From an uncultured bacterium (GTDB lineage: Bacteria; Patescibacteriota; JACMRA01), in assembly GCA_963704645.1 (NCBI GenBank), contig OY969926.1, positions 288,001 through 352,000 of the forward strand: DNA of 64,000 nt. Direction: 5' to 3'. The notes beneath the pieces were generated by a model. The model did no database searches. It had not been told where the DNA came from and saw only the letters and a program-made list of their open reading frames with translations. Each line of letters begins with the position of its first letter. Positions within the stretch are counted from its first letter, which is position 1. Below, piece by piece: positions 10,604-20,901 of the stretch. The translations under genes and the position numbers were made by a program.

Positions 10604-10632
10604 TTGACTTTAGTTGTTTTATAGGGTAAAAT
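10604..10632 (+). promoter_or_regulatory. Sigma70 promoter giving a leaderless transcript
   Basis: TTGACT-17 nt-TAAAAT, then 6 nt to the GTG at 10639. Confidence 0.7.
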
Positions 10633-10638
10633 AGCCTT

Positions 10639-13600
10639 GTGAACGAAGATCAAGATAATCAGAAAGTTACCCCTGCAACAGGTGGGTACAGTTTTGATGT
10701 TTTCCAAGATGCTGCAGATAGTTGGAATGGAAAGATAAATGGTTTCGAGGATGCAGTATTTGCCGTAGGTAAAAAATATAATTTGTTCGATTACAAAGGT
10801 GGTGAAATAGATAATTTTCCTTATGTTTACAATCAATTAATACAAGGAATTTACAAGCTTGGTGATAACCCTTATGTGGAAAAAATTGTTGAAAAATTAG
10901 TAGGAAATGCAGAACGATTTGTTCCTAAAAAGGAATATGAAAATTTAGAAATTGAGCAAAGAGGTAGTGGTGCAGCAATGATAGATAGTGCTATAGAACA
11001 ATCATTTAAAGATAATAATATACCTGGTGATGGCTTCCAAAGTATAGTAAGGGATAAACTTGAAATTAAGTTAGCTAAAGATTTACCACAAAACAAAACC
11101 CAAGATACAGTTACAACTCCACCTGTAAACAATAATCAGGAAGATGATAGACGAAAAAAGGAAGAGGAGGAAGAACAAAAAGATGATGAATCTAAGGAGG
11201 GCAAGAATAAAGACAAAAACAAGAAAGATGATGAACAGCCAACCGAAGATGGAGACGGTAGAACTGAACACAAGCCTAATAAGAATGAATTTGAGGATGA
11301 TACTGAAGATGATATTCGCTATAAAAAAGAAAAGCTTGAAAAAGGTAAAACAGATCAGCAAGATAAGGCAGAAGGGCAGGATTATGATCCAGATGATATT
11401 AAAGACGGAAATCCAAAAAAATCTACAAAAGATGTAGAAGATTCTGATAATCAGCCTGAAGATGAGGAAAATAATTTAGAAAAACAAGAAGGTGATCAAA
11501 AACAACCTTCAGAAAGTAAGGAGGAGCAATCTTCTGAAAATGAGGAAAGTTCTAATTCTGATGGAGGTAGAAAACAAAAAGAGGGTGATAAAACTGATGG
11601 GAAAGATTCAAAAGATAGTAAAGAAGGATCAGAAAAAACTGGCGACAAAACTTCAGAGGGTAAAACTGGTTCAGAGCAAGGCGGAGAAACCGGAAAACCT
11701 GCTGATCAACAATCAAGTCCTAAAGAAAGTAGCAGATCTGCTGATAAAAATTTAGATTCTGCTGGAAAAAATGAAGCTCCGTCACAATCAAAATTAGGCG
11801 AGACACAACAACCTCCGTCTACTTCACAGTTAAAACCAGGTGAAGTTCCTACAAGTTCCAATGGGCTACCTCAAAATGCAACTCCAACCCCAGAGTCATT
11901 ACCAAGTTCAGGAAATTTGCCTGGTAATACAAAACCAGGATTGCAAACACCTCCTTCAAAGCTAACATCTCAAGGAGGAATTCAACCTACCTCGGTTCAA
12001 CAACCTTTAAATTTACCTAAAGTTACAAAGTTACCAAAGCAGGGAGGAATTAATACTTTAGGTAGAGGTGGTGGTAGAATCGCACAAAATAGAATACCTG
12101 AAATAACAAAAGCTTTGAAACCAGTAGCTAAAACTGGTGCTAATGCAGCTTCAAAAGTTGGAAGTCAAGCTGCTAAAGCTGGTGCACAATTATTAGCCAG
12201 AGCCGGTCAGGCGGTTGTAAGTTTAATATCACAAGCAGTTGCTGCATTAGCTTCATTAGGTGCTCCACTGATAATAGTTATAGTAATAATAGCTATAATT
12301 ATTGGCTTTATGTTTATGGTTGTTGTGTTTTCGGCTTGTCCTGGCATTAACCCAGCTGCTCAAAAAACTACAGAAATTGTAGGAGCAGACAAAATGAAAT
12401 TTAATGAAAAATTAGGTGATAAATGCAAGCCTGCAAAAACCAGTAGTGATCCTTGTAGTTATAATAAAAGTTCAGCTACAAGCACTCTTTGTTTGCAAAA
12501 AGATTTACAAGGGAAAAATGCTCAAGACAGAGTTGCGCTTTGGAGAGGTAATGGTGGAGTATTAAGTCAAGATGGGAATATGAGTGTAGGAATTATTAGA
12601 GAGGTTATTGCCGCTGGTACTGAAGCAGGTGTTTCAGCTGAAACTATAGCATTTGTACTTTCGGTAGCTCCAACAGAGACAGGTGCTAACTCTAATCCTT
12701 GGGGCGTTCGTGGGGGTGCGGGCAATGCTTTTCTTGGTATTGCTCAGGTTGGAGAAAATCCAGAGCTTGTAGTATGGGGAAATAGGGCACTGGGAAGATC
12801 TGTCAGTGCAAGTGAATTTTTAAGTAGTCCTCCAATTCAAATGAAAGTTATTGAAGAGGGATTAAAAGAAAAGATAAGTTTTCAGTGTGCTCCTGGTAAA
12901 AAGTCTGATATATACGAAGGTGCTTATGCTTGGTTAACATGCGCAGGTGCTGATCAAAATAAAACTACCTCAGATTCATACGCAGAAGCTGCAGAAAGAA
13001 ACTATAAAATAATTACTTGTGGAGGTGCTAATGATATACCTTCTATACCTAGCAACAATGCCAAACTTGAACAATTAGAAAGTCAAAATTTCCTAGCTTT
13101 TAATCCATTCGGAAGTGTAGGAGTTCAAGCTCAAAGCGGTTTACCTTTAGACGCTTGGCTACCCCCTGGAAATTCTTATGATATTGAAGATTCTGGTTTT
13201 AGAAGCACCAAGAGACTGTCTCAGTTGGATGGTTCTGGAGGTATAGATTTTACTTTAGCCCCACCAGGCAAGCAATATGAAGAGTCTAGGAATGCCCCAA
13301 TAGTTTCTCATTTACCAGGGCAAGTAATTTTTATAGATAATCCTGGTCCAGCCACAACCGATTACGGTAGTTATGGAAATGTAGTAGGTGTTTATTACCC
13401 AGGTATTAATAAAACAGCTGTGTATTCTCATTTGGAAAGTATTAATGTTAAAGTGGGCGATGCCGTTTCTCCAGGTTCTTTATTAGGTAAACAAGGCTCT
13501 TCAGGAAGCAGTAGAGGCGCTACTCCTGATGGTACATATATTCATATAGATTTAAGATTGGTTGAAGGGAATGCTACAAATTCCCAGTTAAATGCTAGTT

Positions 13601-14333
13601 CTGCCACGCAAACTGTTGAAAAAACCAAAGGTGCTGCTTCAGCATTGAATGATTATTCAGATTTTATGGTGGGAATGCTTACCTATTACAGTGCTAATTC
13701 AGATAAAATACTTGCCAACAACTTTTCAGCAACTTCTATTGCTTCAACTTCTGGTAACCCTTGCCCAGATGGAACAACTCCAACTGGTATAAATACTACA
13801 GAAGTATCGAAAGAAAAAGGAAGTGCAACCTTATTAGAAATTGCCAGAAGAAATTCAGCTGGCAAAGACCCAGATAGTCGATGTTGGTTTCATGTTGCAA
13901 ACTATATTGTTGAAGCTGGTGGTTTTGGGTTAGTAGATGGAACTGCTAATTTCCCATTAACTCAAGCTGCTATAAACGGTTCAGGTCCTTTTGGTAGTTT
14001 AAATGAAGAATCAGCCACTACTCAAGGTTTATATTGGAACGAACATTTGGCAGAACTTGGTTTAAGAAACTTGGTTAATGATAACCCCAGCTATAGCCCA
14101 TATAATGCTCCAGCAGGTTCAATTGTGGTAGTTGCTGCAGGTTATGGTAGAAGCACTAATCCTGCTGGAGATATAGCTGTTGCAGATGGCCAGGGTAATT
14201 TTTATAATGGAGGTGAAATGCCGTACGGTGGGCCGAAACATGGAAAAATGGTTATTCTATAAAAGGTGCTGGCCCTGGTACACCAATAGTTGGTAGTGGT
14301 AAATTAATTGGTATTTATGTTCCTGCTAAATAA
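10639..14333 (+). CDS. Large membrane-anchored multi-domain peptidoglycan-hydrolase-like protein (lysozyme-like, M23-like, CHAP/amidase-like); probable 1-nt frameshift near 14235
   Basis: Acidic/Pro-rich N-terminal half, TM (PLIIVIVIIAIIIGFMFMVVVF), TETG...LGIAQ, GIDF...YGNVV...YSHL...VKVGD...HID, RCWFHVANY...PAGSIVV...GDIAV. Reported frame stops at 14262; the shifted frame continues ETWKNGY...KLIGIYVPAK* to 14333. Confidence 0.75.
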
Positions 14334-15048
14334 ATTCTATATTCCAAAATGGCTTTTAGCTGCTTTTACAATTCTAGTTGTGGTGCTAGTTGTGCTAATT
14401 TACTATTTTTTTACTCAAGGAAATTCATCACAAGGCAGTGTGGTAAACTCTACATCAAATAATCCTTCCAGATTTAGTAACGAAGTAGAGCAAAAGTACA
14501 TAGACGCGGTAGAAAAAGTTAAGCCACCAAGTCAGATAGAAGTTAACAGCTATAAAGTTTTAGATTTTGCTGATGGAAAACAACTCCTTTCTATACCCAA
14601 AGAATTAGTTACTAGAGAGCCTTTTGCAACAGCTTATAATAAAGCTGCACTACCAAAAAGCTTACTTAGAAATAAGCTATTATTTATTTACAACCCTAGT
14701 TTGGATGAAGTAATTTTTACAACTATTAATCTAGTAAATTTAAATACAGTTCTAGTTGAAAACAAAGAATATTGGGTATTTTCTGTTGCTGAAATTGATG
14801 GAAGCGAAAGGGTTTATTATTCTTTACCTAATTTTGGAAGACAAAGAGTTGTAAAAGAACTTCAAGCTTATCCCATTACTGAATTTAAAAAACTTAATTC
14901 AACCAACTTACAAATAACTGTGAACACAGCTCAAAGAGGTGAAAGGTTAATAAAATACAATATTGATTTTACAAATATTCAGTTTACAACAAGCACTGTA
15001 GATGCAGAATTTACAGATAAGCCTCCTGTGGTAACTGTTATTAAATAG
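14317..15048 (+). CDS. Hypothetical single-TM anchored exported protein
   Basis: N-terminal hydrophobic helix, Ser/Asn linker, beta-rich remainder; ATG at 14317 preferred over TTG at 14308. Confidence 0.7.
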   Translation: MFLLNKFYIPKWLLAAFTILVVVLVVLIYYFFTQGNSSQGSVVNSTSNNPSRFSNEVEQKYIDAVEKVKPPSQIEVNSYKVLDFADGKQLLSIPKELVTREPFATAYNKAALPKSLLRNKLLFIYNPSLDEVIFTTINLVNLNTVLVENKEYWVFSVAEIDGSERVYYSLPNFGRQRVVKELQAYPITEFKKLNSTNLQITVNTAQRGERLIKYNIDFTNIQFTTSTVDAEFTDKPPVVTVIK

Positions 15049-15061
15049 AAAACAATTCTAA

Positions 15062-15904
15062 ATGGACAAAAACTTTATTAAAAAGCCGAAAGTTTCTACA
15101 AATTCTGTTAGAATTTACCACAATAAGTGGAAAACAGCCTTAATATATTTTGGTGTGTTGTTAGCTTTTGCTTTGGGTTTTAGTTTAAATTATTTATGGT
15201 TAAATAGGCAAATTATTGACCCAGCCGATACAAATTGGTTTAATAGCAGTATTTCCAGTTTAAATAAAATTTCCAGCCAAAATATTACTAATTCTATAGA
15301 CGGATTTTTAACTTTACAGCTTACCAAACCAGAAGAAATAGAGTCTTTTAGTATTGCTAAGTTTGCTAATCAAGATCAAATCTTATCTGTGTATGACATG
15401 GAAGATACCAATATTTTATTTTTGAAACAACTTTTTCCAGATACAGCTAATTTACCTAAAACTCAGCAAAAGATTTTTTATTTCGAAGCTGGTACTAGGC
15501 AAGTTAAATTGCTAGAAACAAATTGGTTGGGTTCAGAAAGTTTTAAAATACAAAATGTTCAAGAATATAAAGAAAAATATTGGGTAATATTAGAATCAAA
15601 CCGAATTATTATTTCTGAACCATTTTTTGCTAATCCAAAATCTGTGGTTATTTTAGATAAAACAAAATCTTTTGGTAGCGGAGAAAAAGAGTTAGTTGTT
15701 TCATCCATTGAAAGTGTAGTGCAGGAAAAAGTGTGTTTAAATTTAGTTGCTCCTAGTTCTGTAGATATTTCAATAAAAAATGAGGGTAATCAGAGCCTTA
15801 ATAGCATGTCTCACTCTGCAGATGATACAAAAAATCAAGGTCTAGGTTTGTTGGTTCAGTGTTATACTTTTGATGTAAATGGAAGTTATGAGGTTGTAGT
15901 TTAA
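15062..15904 (+). CDS. Hypothetical single-TM anchored exported protein
   Basis: 280-aa ORF, basic N-terminus then a TM helix; 13 nt after the previous gene. Confidence 0.7.
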   Translation: MDKNFIKKPKVSTNSVRIYHNKWKTALIYFGVLLAFALGFSLNYLWLNRQIIDPADTNWFNSSISSLNKISSQNITNSIDGFLTLQLTKPEEIESFSIAKFANQDQILSVYDMEDTNILFLKQLFPDTANLPKTQQKIFYFEAGTRQVKLLETNWLGSESFKIQNVQEYKEKYWVILESNRIIISEPFFANPKSVVILDKTKSFGSGEKELVVSSIESVVQEKVCLNLVAPSSVDISIKNEGNQSLNSMSHSADDTKNQGLGLLVQCYTFDVNGSYEVVV

Positions 15905-16073
15905 GAATGAGTAAAGATTATTTATTAATGCTTTTTATTTAGTTGCTCTTTGATATAAGGTTTCATGTAGCGAATTAAACGTATCTATATATTTGTAAGC
16001 TTAAATTTTCCAGTACTTATTTAACTTAATTTTGGACTTGATATTAAATCATCAATTTAGTTATATTCTCCTG

Positions 16074-16104
16074 CTTAGACCTTGAAACAAGTTCAGGGTG
16101 TCAG
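16074..16104 (+). repeat. 31-bp palindromic repeat, copy 1
   Basis: CTTAGACCTTGAAACAAGTTCAGGGTGTCAG. Confidence 0.9.
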
Positions 16105-16131
16105 TATCAAAATTTTGTGTGCATCTCTTTA

Positions 16132-17400
16132 CTAATCGGTTTTTCTTCTTTTCATTTCAACTATGTTGGGTTGAATTTTTAAGGCTAAAACACCAATTAC
16201 GAAGGCACAGGCTGCAAACCAAAGGAAAGGCAGATTAACATTTAAATGTCCTAAAGCTCCAAACAAAATAAAATTTACTGCTGTTAAAACGCTAGAAAGG
16301 CCAACAATTAAACCAATTACAGTGCCGCGCAAGTTTTTGGGTGAATATTCCCCTACCATACCCTGCGAAACTCCGCCCAGTAATGAGATAGTTATTACAT
16401 CAATAAAAGCAATAATGTATAAGGCAGAAACACTTGTTACAAAAGTATATCCAAGTAAAACTAGGGCCCCGCTGAAGGCGCTAAAAATTAACATTTTCCT
16501 TGTATCAATACGTTTGGAAATTTGAGTGAAAAATATTGTTTGAACCAACACTATCATAATTCCAAAATAAACTAAAAATGATGAAATTTCTCTTGGTGTC
16601 ATGTTCAATTTTCCTTCGGCGAAAATGATGAAATAGAAATAGTAACCCTGCAACATTACTTTCAGAAGCTCAATAACTATAATTAAACCAAGTTTTCTGT
16701 TGGTGTTCCAAATCTTCATAAATGTAGGAATCATCTCCTTAAATTTAAAGTTGGCCGGAATATCCAAATTAATTTCTGCGAAATCTAGTTTATCAATATC
16801 TTCTAATTCTGGTTCTAAGACTAAATGTTTAGAAGAACCATTTGTTGGCTTGGTTTCTTTAATGTTAAAGGCAATAATAATATTTACTAGGCATAAAAAT
16901 ATGGCTGCATAAATAATGGTTCTTGCTTCGTTCTGACCTTCTGGTATAAGTGCTAAAATTACACCACTGATGGCAGGTCCTAAAATAAAAGCAGAGGCAA
17001 CTAAAGTATTTAAAATTCCTAAATTTTGGTGTAAACTTTTTTTGTCACTCATGTCTGTAACTGAACTTCTTACGGCTGTATAAAAACCGTTGGTTGTTCC
17101 ATCAATTAATCTGTTTGAAATAAAAGCTTGTAAGTTTAAAGGCAATGCAATTATATAAGACAAAAAAGTACCAATACTAGCTATTCTGAAAACTGGTTTT
17201 CTACCTATTTTATCGGCTAAGCTGCCTAAATATGGAGCAGAAAATAATTGAACTAAGTAAAAAATTGCTTGGCAAAAAGGAAGCCAAAATTCCCCACCCT
17301 TTAGGTCTTTGGTAAAATCAGTTAAAATTGGAAATACTAGCGTGCCTGCAATTGCATCGATTACCACCATGGCGTACACTAAAATTAAATTTTTAGACAT
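16132..17400 (-). CDS. MFS transporter, TetA/DHA1-like
   Basis: Motif A GSLADKIGRKPV, RLIDG, GPAISG; about 12 TM segments. Confidence 0.9.
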   Translation of the reverse strand: MSKNLILVYAMVVIDAIAGTLVFPILTDFTKDLKGGEFWLPFCQAIFYLVQLFSAPYLGSLADKIGRKPVFRIASIGTFLSYIIALPLNLQAFISNRLIDGTTNGFYTAVRSSVTDMSDKKSLHQNLGILNTLVASAFILGPAISGVILALIPEGQNEARTIIYAAIFLCLVNIIIAFNIKETKPTNGSSKHLVLEPELEDIDKLDFAEINLDIPANFKFKEMIPTFMKIWNTNRKLGLIIVIELLKVMLQGYYFYFIIFAEGKLNMTPREISSFLVYFGIMIVLVQTIFFTQISKRIDTRKMLIFSAFSGALVLLGYTFVTSVSALYIIAFIDVITISLLGGVSQGMVGEYSPKNLRGTVIGLIVGLSSVLTAVNFILFGALGHLNVNLPFLWFAACAFVIGVLALKIQPNIVEMKRRKTD

Positions 17401-17449
17401 TTTAACCTTATAAAAAAATCACAAATTCTGGCATGGGTCAAGCTAGACT

Positions 17450-18880
17450 TTATTCTGCATTATCTAATTCCAAATAGTTTAAATTGGTTTGAGTGGTCAA
17501 AACTTCAGCGTTTACAGGTGCTTCTAATTTCAAAATTTCGCTTTGTACACCACCTAAACTTTTTCTAGATTTATCATAATTATCTTGAGCTGTTCTAAGT
17601 TTATCGCCTAGTTTATCAAATTCTTCTCTGAAAGAAAATATGTTCTTTTTAATTTTCTTTAATCCTTCCACAATTTCTTCTGCTCTTTCATTTACTTCGT
17701 GTTTAAACCTGTAAGTTTGAACTAATAAAATGAGTGGGAAAAAGGTTGAAGGGGAGGTTAATGTAATTTTTAATTTTTGCATTTCCTCCATTAATTTATA
17801 GTCATCTACAGCTAGGGCGTACATACTTTCGCTTGGTAAATAAAGTAGTAATAAATCTAAATGTCCTTTACCATATTTTTTGGAAATATCTTTAGCCATA
17901 ATTAGTAATGCGGCCAAATATTCCTTTTTAGATTGAACTTTTTGGCTGCCCTCGGCTTCTATATAATCTTGAAATTTAGTTAGCGGGAATTTCGAATCTA
18001 TTCCAATTTTTTTGTCTCCTAAATAAATAACAAAATCAATTTTGTCACTACTTTCAGGAATTGAAACCTGTTTATCCCATTGGTCTTTGTTTAAATGTTC
18101 GGCTAATAAAGTTTCTAAATAGTTTTCCCCAAAACCACCAAAGGCTTTAGAACTAGTTCTATCAAAAATAGAGTTTAATTTTTCCACAGATTTGGTAGAT
18201 TCAATCATTTTTTCGGCTGTACTTTGCATAGAGCCTAAATTAGTAGCTACATCTTGGAATGACTTTAAATTCTGTTGGAAATTTTCGTCTAATTTAGCCC
18301 TAATTTCATCTTGCATTTGCTTCAATTTTTCTTGATTGGTATTAGAAAGAAGTTCAATATTTTTCTGGTTACTTTCACGCAAAGAAGAAAGCTCAGTTTT
18401 GTTTAATTCTATTAAATTTTGAATAGAGCCAGAAAGTTGAAGTCTAACAGCTTCTTGCAAACCCTGTAAACCTGTTTGGTTATTTTGGCGAAGAGAGGCG
18501 AACTCTAATTTTTGTTCGGAAAGCTGTTTTTCAAAAGTGCCAATTAAAAGCTGTTGAGATTGAAGTTGAAGTTGCTGAATTTTACTTAGTTCTTGGTTTA
18601 ATCTGTCTTGAAGTTGAAGTTCCAGTTGGCCAAAACGTTTTTCTAAATTTTGGAAATTTTCACCCATTTGCTGGCTTTGGGAAATACTAAAAGAGGTAAT
18701 TTTTTCAGAGAACTTATCTGAAATTTGACCAAGTAAACTTAAATTAGTCTGATTAAGTTGATTTAACAAACCTAAATTGTCTGTTTCTTGGCTTGGCTTT
18801 GAAAATTTTTGCCAAACCTGCCATAAAACAAATAAAACTATAATTTGTAAAACAATGCTAATTATGACTAAATATTCCAT
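17450..18880 (-). CDS. rmuC: DNA recombination protein RmuC
   Basis: N-terminal TM, long Gln/Leu coiled coil, GGFGE..LE.LL, IDF...IDSKFP, YLPSES, SPST. Confidence 0.9.
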   Translation of the reverse strand: MEYLVIISIVLQIIVLFVLWQVWQKFSKPSQETDNLGLLNQLNQTNLSLLGQISDKFSEKITSFSISQSQQMGENFQNLEKRFGQLELQLQDRLNQELSKIQQLQLQSQQLLIGTFEKQLSEQKLEFASLRQNNQTGLQGLQEAVRLQLSGSIQNLIELNKTELSSLRESNQKNIELLSNTNQEKLKQMQDEIRAKLDENFQQNLKSFQDVATNLGSMQSTAEKMIESTKSVEKLNSIFDRTSSKAFGGFGENYLETLLAEHLNKDQWDKQVSIPESSDKIDFVIYLGDKKIGIDSKFPLTKFQDYIEAEGSQKVQSKKEYLAALLIMAKDISKKYGKGHLDLLLLYLPSESMYALAVDDYKLMEEMQKLKITLTSPSTFFPLILLVQTYRFKHEVNERAEEIVEGLKKIKKNIFSFREEFDKLGDKLRTAQDNYDKSRKSLGGVQSEILKLEAPVNAEVLTTQTNLNYLELDNAE

Positions 18881-19415
18881 ACTATTTTATTTAAATCAGC
18901 AGCTTAGCTTTGTCCAGATAAAAAATTATTCAAAATTGGACGTACAAACTATACAGTCTCAAATAACCGAAGAAGCAAATGATGAAAACACGTGGGAATT
19001 AATGAATTCAGAAATAAGTTTAATTGATAATTTGCAGCCAGATCCAACTTTAAATCTAGCTGTTAAATTAGAAGCTTTTTGGAAGCAGAATTGGCCAAAA
19101 ATTAAAGACACTGAAGAATTACTTTTTTGGGTTGGGCCAAAAGCTAGTTTTACCGATACCAGAATGATGTATATTTGGCTAAAAACTTGGGCGGATAATT
19201 CTTCCAGTTCATTAATTGAAAGTAATAAGGCGGAGAAGGATAAAGAGGATTTGCAACTAAAAATTTGGAACAGCCCTGAATTTAATTTGGAATTTGAAAA
19301 CCTAAACTCCGATTTGAACAGTCCAGAAAAAAAACAGCTTTTACTACTTTTAAAACAAGCCGAACCAGAATATAGAAGTATTCTGCAATATAGCGGAAAA
19401 CCAAGAATTGGTTAA
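18864..19415 (+). CDS. tsaB: Short, diverged TsaB-like protein
   Basis: VGPKASFTDTR resembles the TsaB GPGSFTGxR motif; start codon uncertain. Confidence 0.5.
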   Translation: MTKYSILFYLNQQLSFVQIKNYSKLDVQTIQSQITEEANDENTWELMNSEISLIDNLQPDPTLNLAVKLEAFWKQNWPKIKDTEELLFWVGPKASFTDTRMMYIWLKTWADNSSSSLIESNKAEKDKEDLQLKIWNSPEFNLEFENLNSDLNSPEKKQLLLLLKQAEPEYRSILQYSGKPRIG

Positions 19416-19559
19416 TCTAACCAAGCTTGTAATCAGTAGGTATTGTCAGTGTGTCGTTTTAACAGGCTTTTATTCTTGTCAGATGATGAATTCTATGCTT
19501 TAAATTAAAAGTTAGGTGATTTTATTACCAAAGCATTAATTGATTTTAGGAATTTAAAA

Positions 19560-19829
19560 ATGAAGAAAATTGGTAGAATTGTTGTCGCTCGTTTATTTTT
19601 AGTCGCCACCAGTGTCGCATTGTTAGTATCATGTGTTGAAGGTGCCCCGCAGATTCCGACGCCAACACCGCCTGCTGGCACCGATCCCAAACCAAATGCA
19701 GCGCCATACTCGGGCAATAATGCCACTGAAAAAACGAAGGCTGATGATGCCGCTAGGCCAAAAGCTCCTGCTGCTACACAAGCTCCTGTGACAAAACCAA
19801 TAGCAATTGAAGGTCAAAGGAAAATATGA
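19560..19829 (+). CDS. Small Pro/Ala-rich putative lipoprotein
   Basis: Lipobox-like LLVSC after a hydrophobic stretch; followed by a terminator. Confidence 0.6.
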   Translation: MKKIGRIVVARLFLVATSVALLVSCVEGAPQIPTPTPPAGTDPKPNAAPYSGNNATEKTKADDAARPKAPAATQAPVTKPIAIEGQRKI

Positions 19830-19840
19830 TTTAAATTCAA

Positions 19841-19877
19841 AAAAGAGCTAGGCATCAGGTTTAGCTCTTTTATTTTT
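19841..19877 (+). terminator. Intrinsic terminator
   Basis: AAAAGAGCTA...TAGCTCTTTT stem followed by T-run. Confidence 0.7.
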
Positions 19878-19987
19878 GGCCAAAAAATGTTGTGAATCAG
19901 TTTTGAAATATGAAAAACTTTAAAGAAAAAGACCTATATAATAATATATATAAGTCTAAATTTTTTTACCTCAAAAATAGAAAAAAA

Positions 19988-20572
19988 CTATGCAGTAATT
20001 TGAGAAGGATTAAGCGCTGAACTAATAAATTCTGGTGAGCATCTAGCAAAACCAAAAAAGTTTTTCCAAAAAACTGAATAGTTATCTTCGACAATGTAGA
20101 AATTTTCAGATGGCCAGTATAGATCGTCAAAACAAGAATTAACTTCCCGAATTAAATCTCTGGTTTGTTCAGATTCTAAAATTTTTCTATCAAATCTAGA
20201 AATAACTTGTTGAACAATTTCAGGTTTAATATTTTCAGGTAGAAAATTCATTTTATCAATAATATCTCTAACTGATTGTGTGCCAGAAAAATTATGTTTT
20301 TCCAAGATTTTGTTCCTTAGTATTACTTTAACAGATGGTTTAGTGTTAAAAACACACCTTTTGGAGACTAGAGGCTTTTTATAAATTATGCAAGTTATTC
20401 TTTGCTTTTTGATAGTTTTGTTTTGTTGTGTACGTACATAAAAATAGTTTTTCCTATTTTTTCCACTTATACCCTGAAACAAGTTCAGGGGTGGCAGGTC
20501 CCATAATTTTGCTATAGGCTCAATGTTTTGTTTAGCAGGCTCATTGACTAACCTTAGCGTTTCTGATCGCAA
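19988..20572 (-). CDS. Hypothetical protein (true start may be downstream of the repeat)
   Basis: 194-codon ORF followed by a hairpin plus T-run at about 19926-19958; the 5' part contains repeat copy 2. Confidence 0.4.
   Translation of the reverse strand: MRSETLRLVNEPAKQNIEPIAKLWDLPPLNLFQGISGKNRKNYFYVRTQQNKTIKKQRITCIIYKKPLVSKRCVFNTKPSVKVILRNKILEKHNFSGTQSVRDIIDKMNFLPENIKPEIVQQVISRFDRKILESEQTRDLIREVNSCFDDLYWPSENFYIVEDNYSVFWKNFFGFARCSPEFISSALNPSQITA
20466..20497 (+). repeat. 31-bp palindromic repeat, copy 2 (one extra G)
   Basis: CTTATACCCTGAAACAAGTTCAGGGGTGGCAG. Confidence 0.85.
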
Positions 20573-20637
20573 TTCATCTGGACTTTAGGGTTTTAAAAGG
20601 TTGACAGAATTTTTACTTGGCTTAAATATTATACTAT

Positions 20638-20711
20638 TCGGGGATCGTCTAGTGGTAGGACGACTGGTTTTGGTTCAGTTAACCGGAGTTCGAGTCTCTG
20701 TCCCCGAACCA
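20638..20711 (+). tRNA. tRNA-Gln (TTG)
   Basis: TCGGGGA/TCCCCGA acceptor stem with U1-A72, anticodon loop TT-TTG-GT, GTTCGAGTC T arm, encoded CCA. Confidence 0.95.
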
Positions 20712-20722
20712 AGAAATTTTAA

Positions 20723-20750
20723 AGCCTCCCTTTTGGGAGGTTGTGTGTTT
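20723..20750 (+). terminator. Intrinsic terminator after tRNA-Gln
   Basis: AGCCTCCC-TTTT-GGGAGGTT followed by a T-rich tail. Confidence 0.65.
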
Positions 20751-20806
20751 CTTAAATTTGCTTCTAAAATTGACAAAATATTTAACAAGCCAAATTGTTA
20801 TAGGAA

Positions 20807-20881
20807 CGGGATGTGGTGCATCGGTAGCATGCTTGCTTTGGGAGCAAGAGGCACAGGGTTCAATTCCCTGCATCCCGACCA
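20807..20881 (+). tRNA. tRNA-Pro (TGG)
   Basis: CGGGATG/CATCCCG acceptor stem, CTTGC-TTTGGGA-GCAAG anticodon arm, encoded CCA. Confidence 0.95.
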
Positions 20882-20901
20882 AATTTATAAAACCTTAGAT
20901 T

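Noticed and set aside
11100-12000. Tandem DNA repeats in the acidic region of the large protein
   Set aside because: Low-complexity composition only; no discrete repeat unit could be delineated
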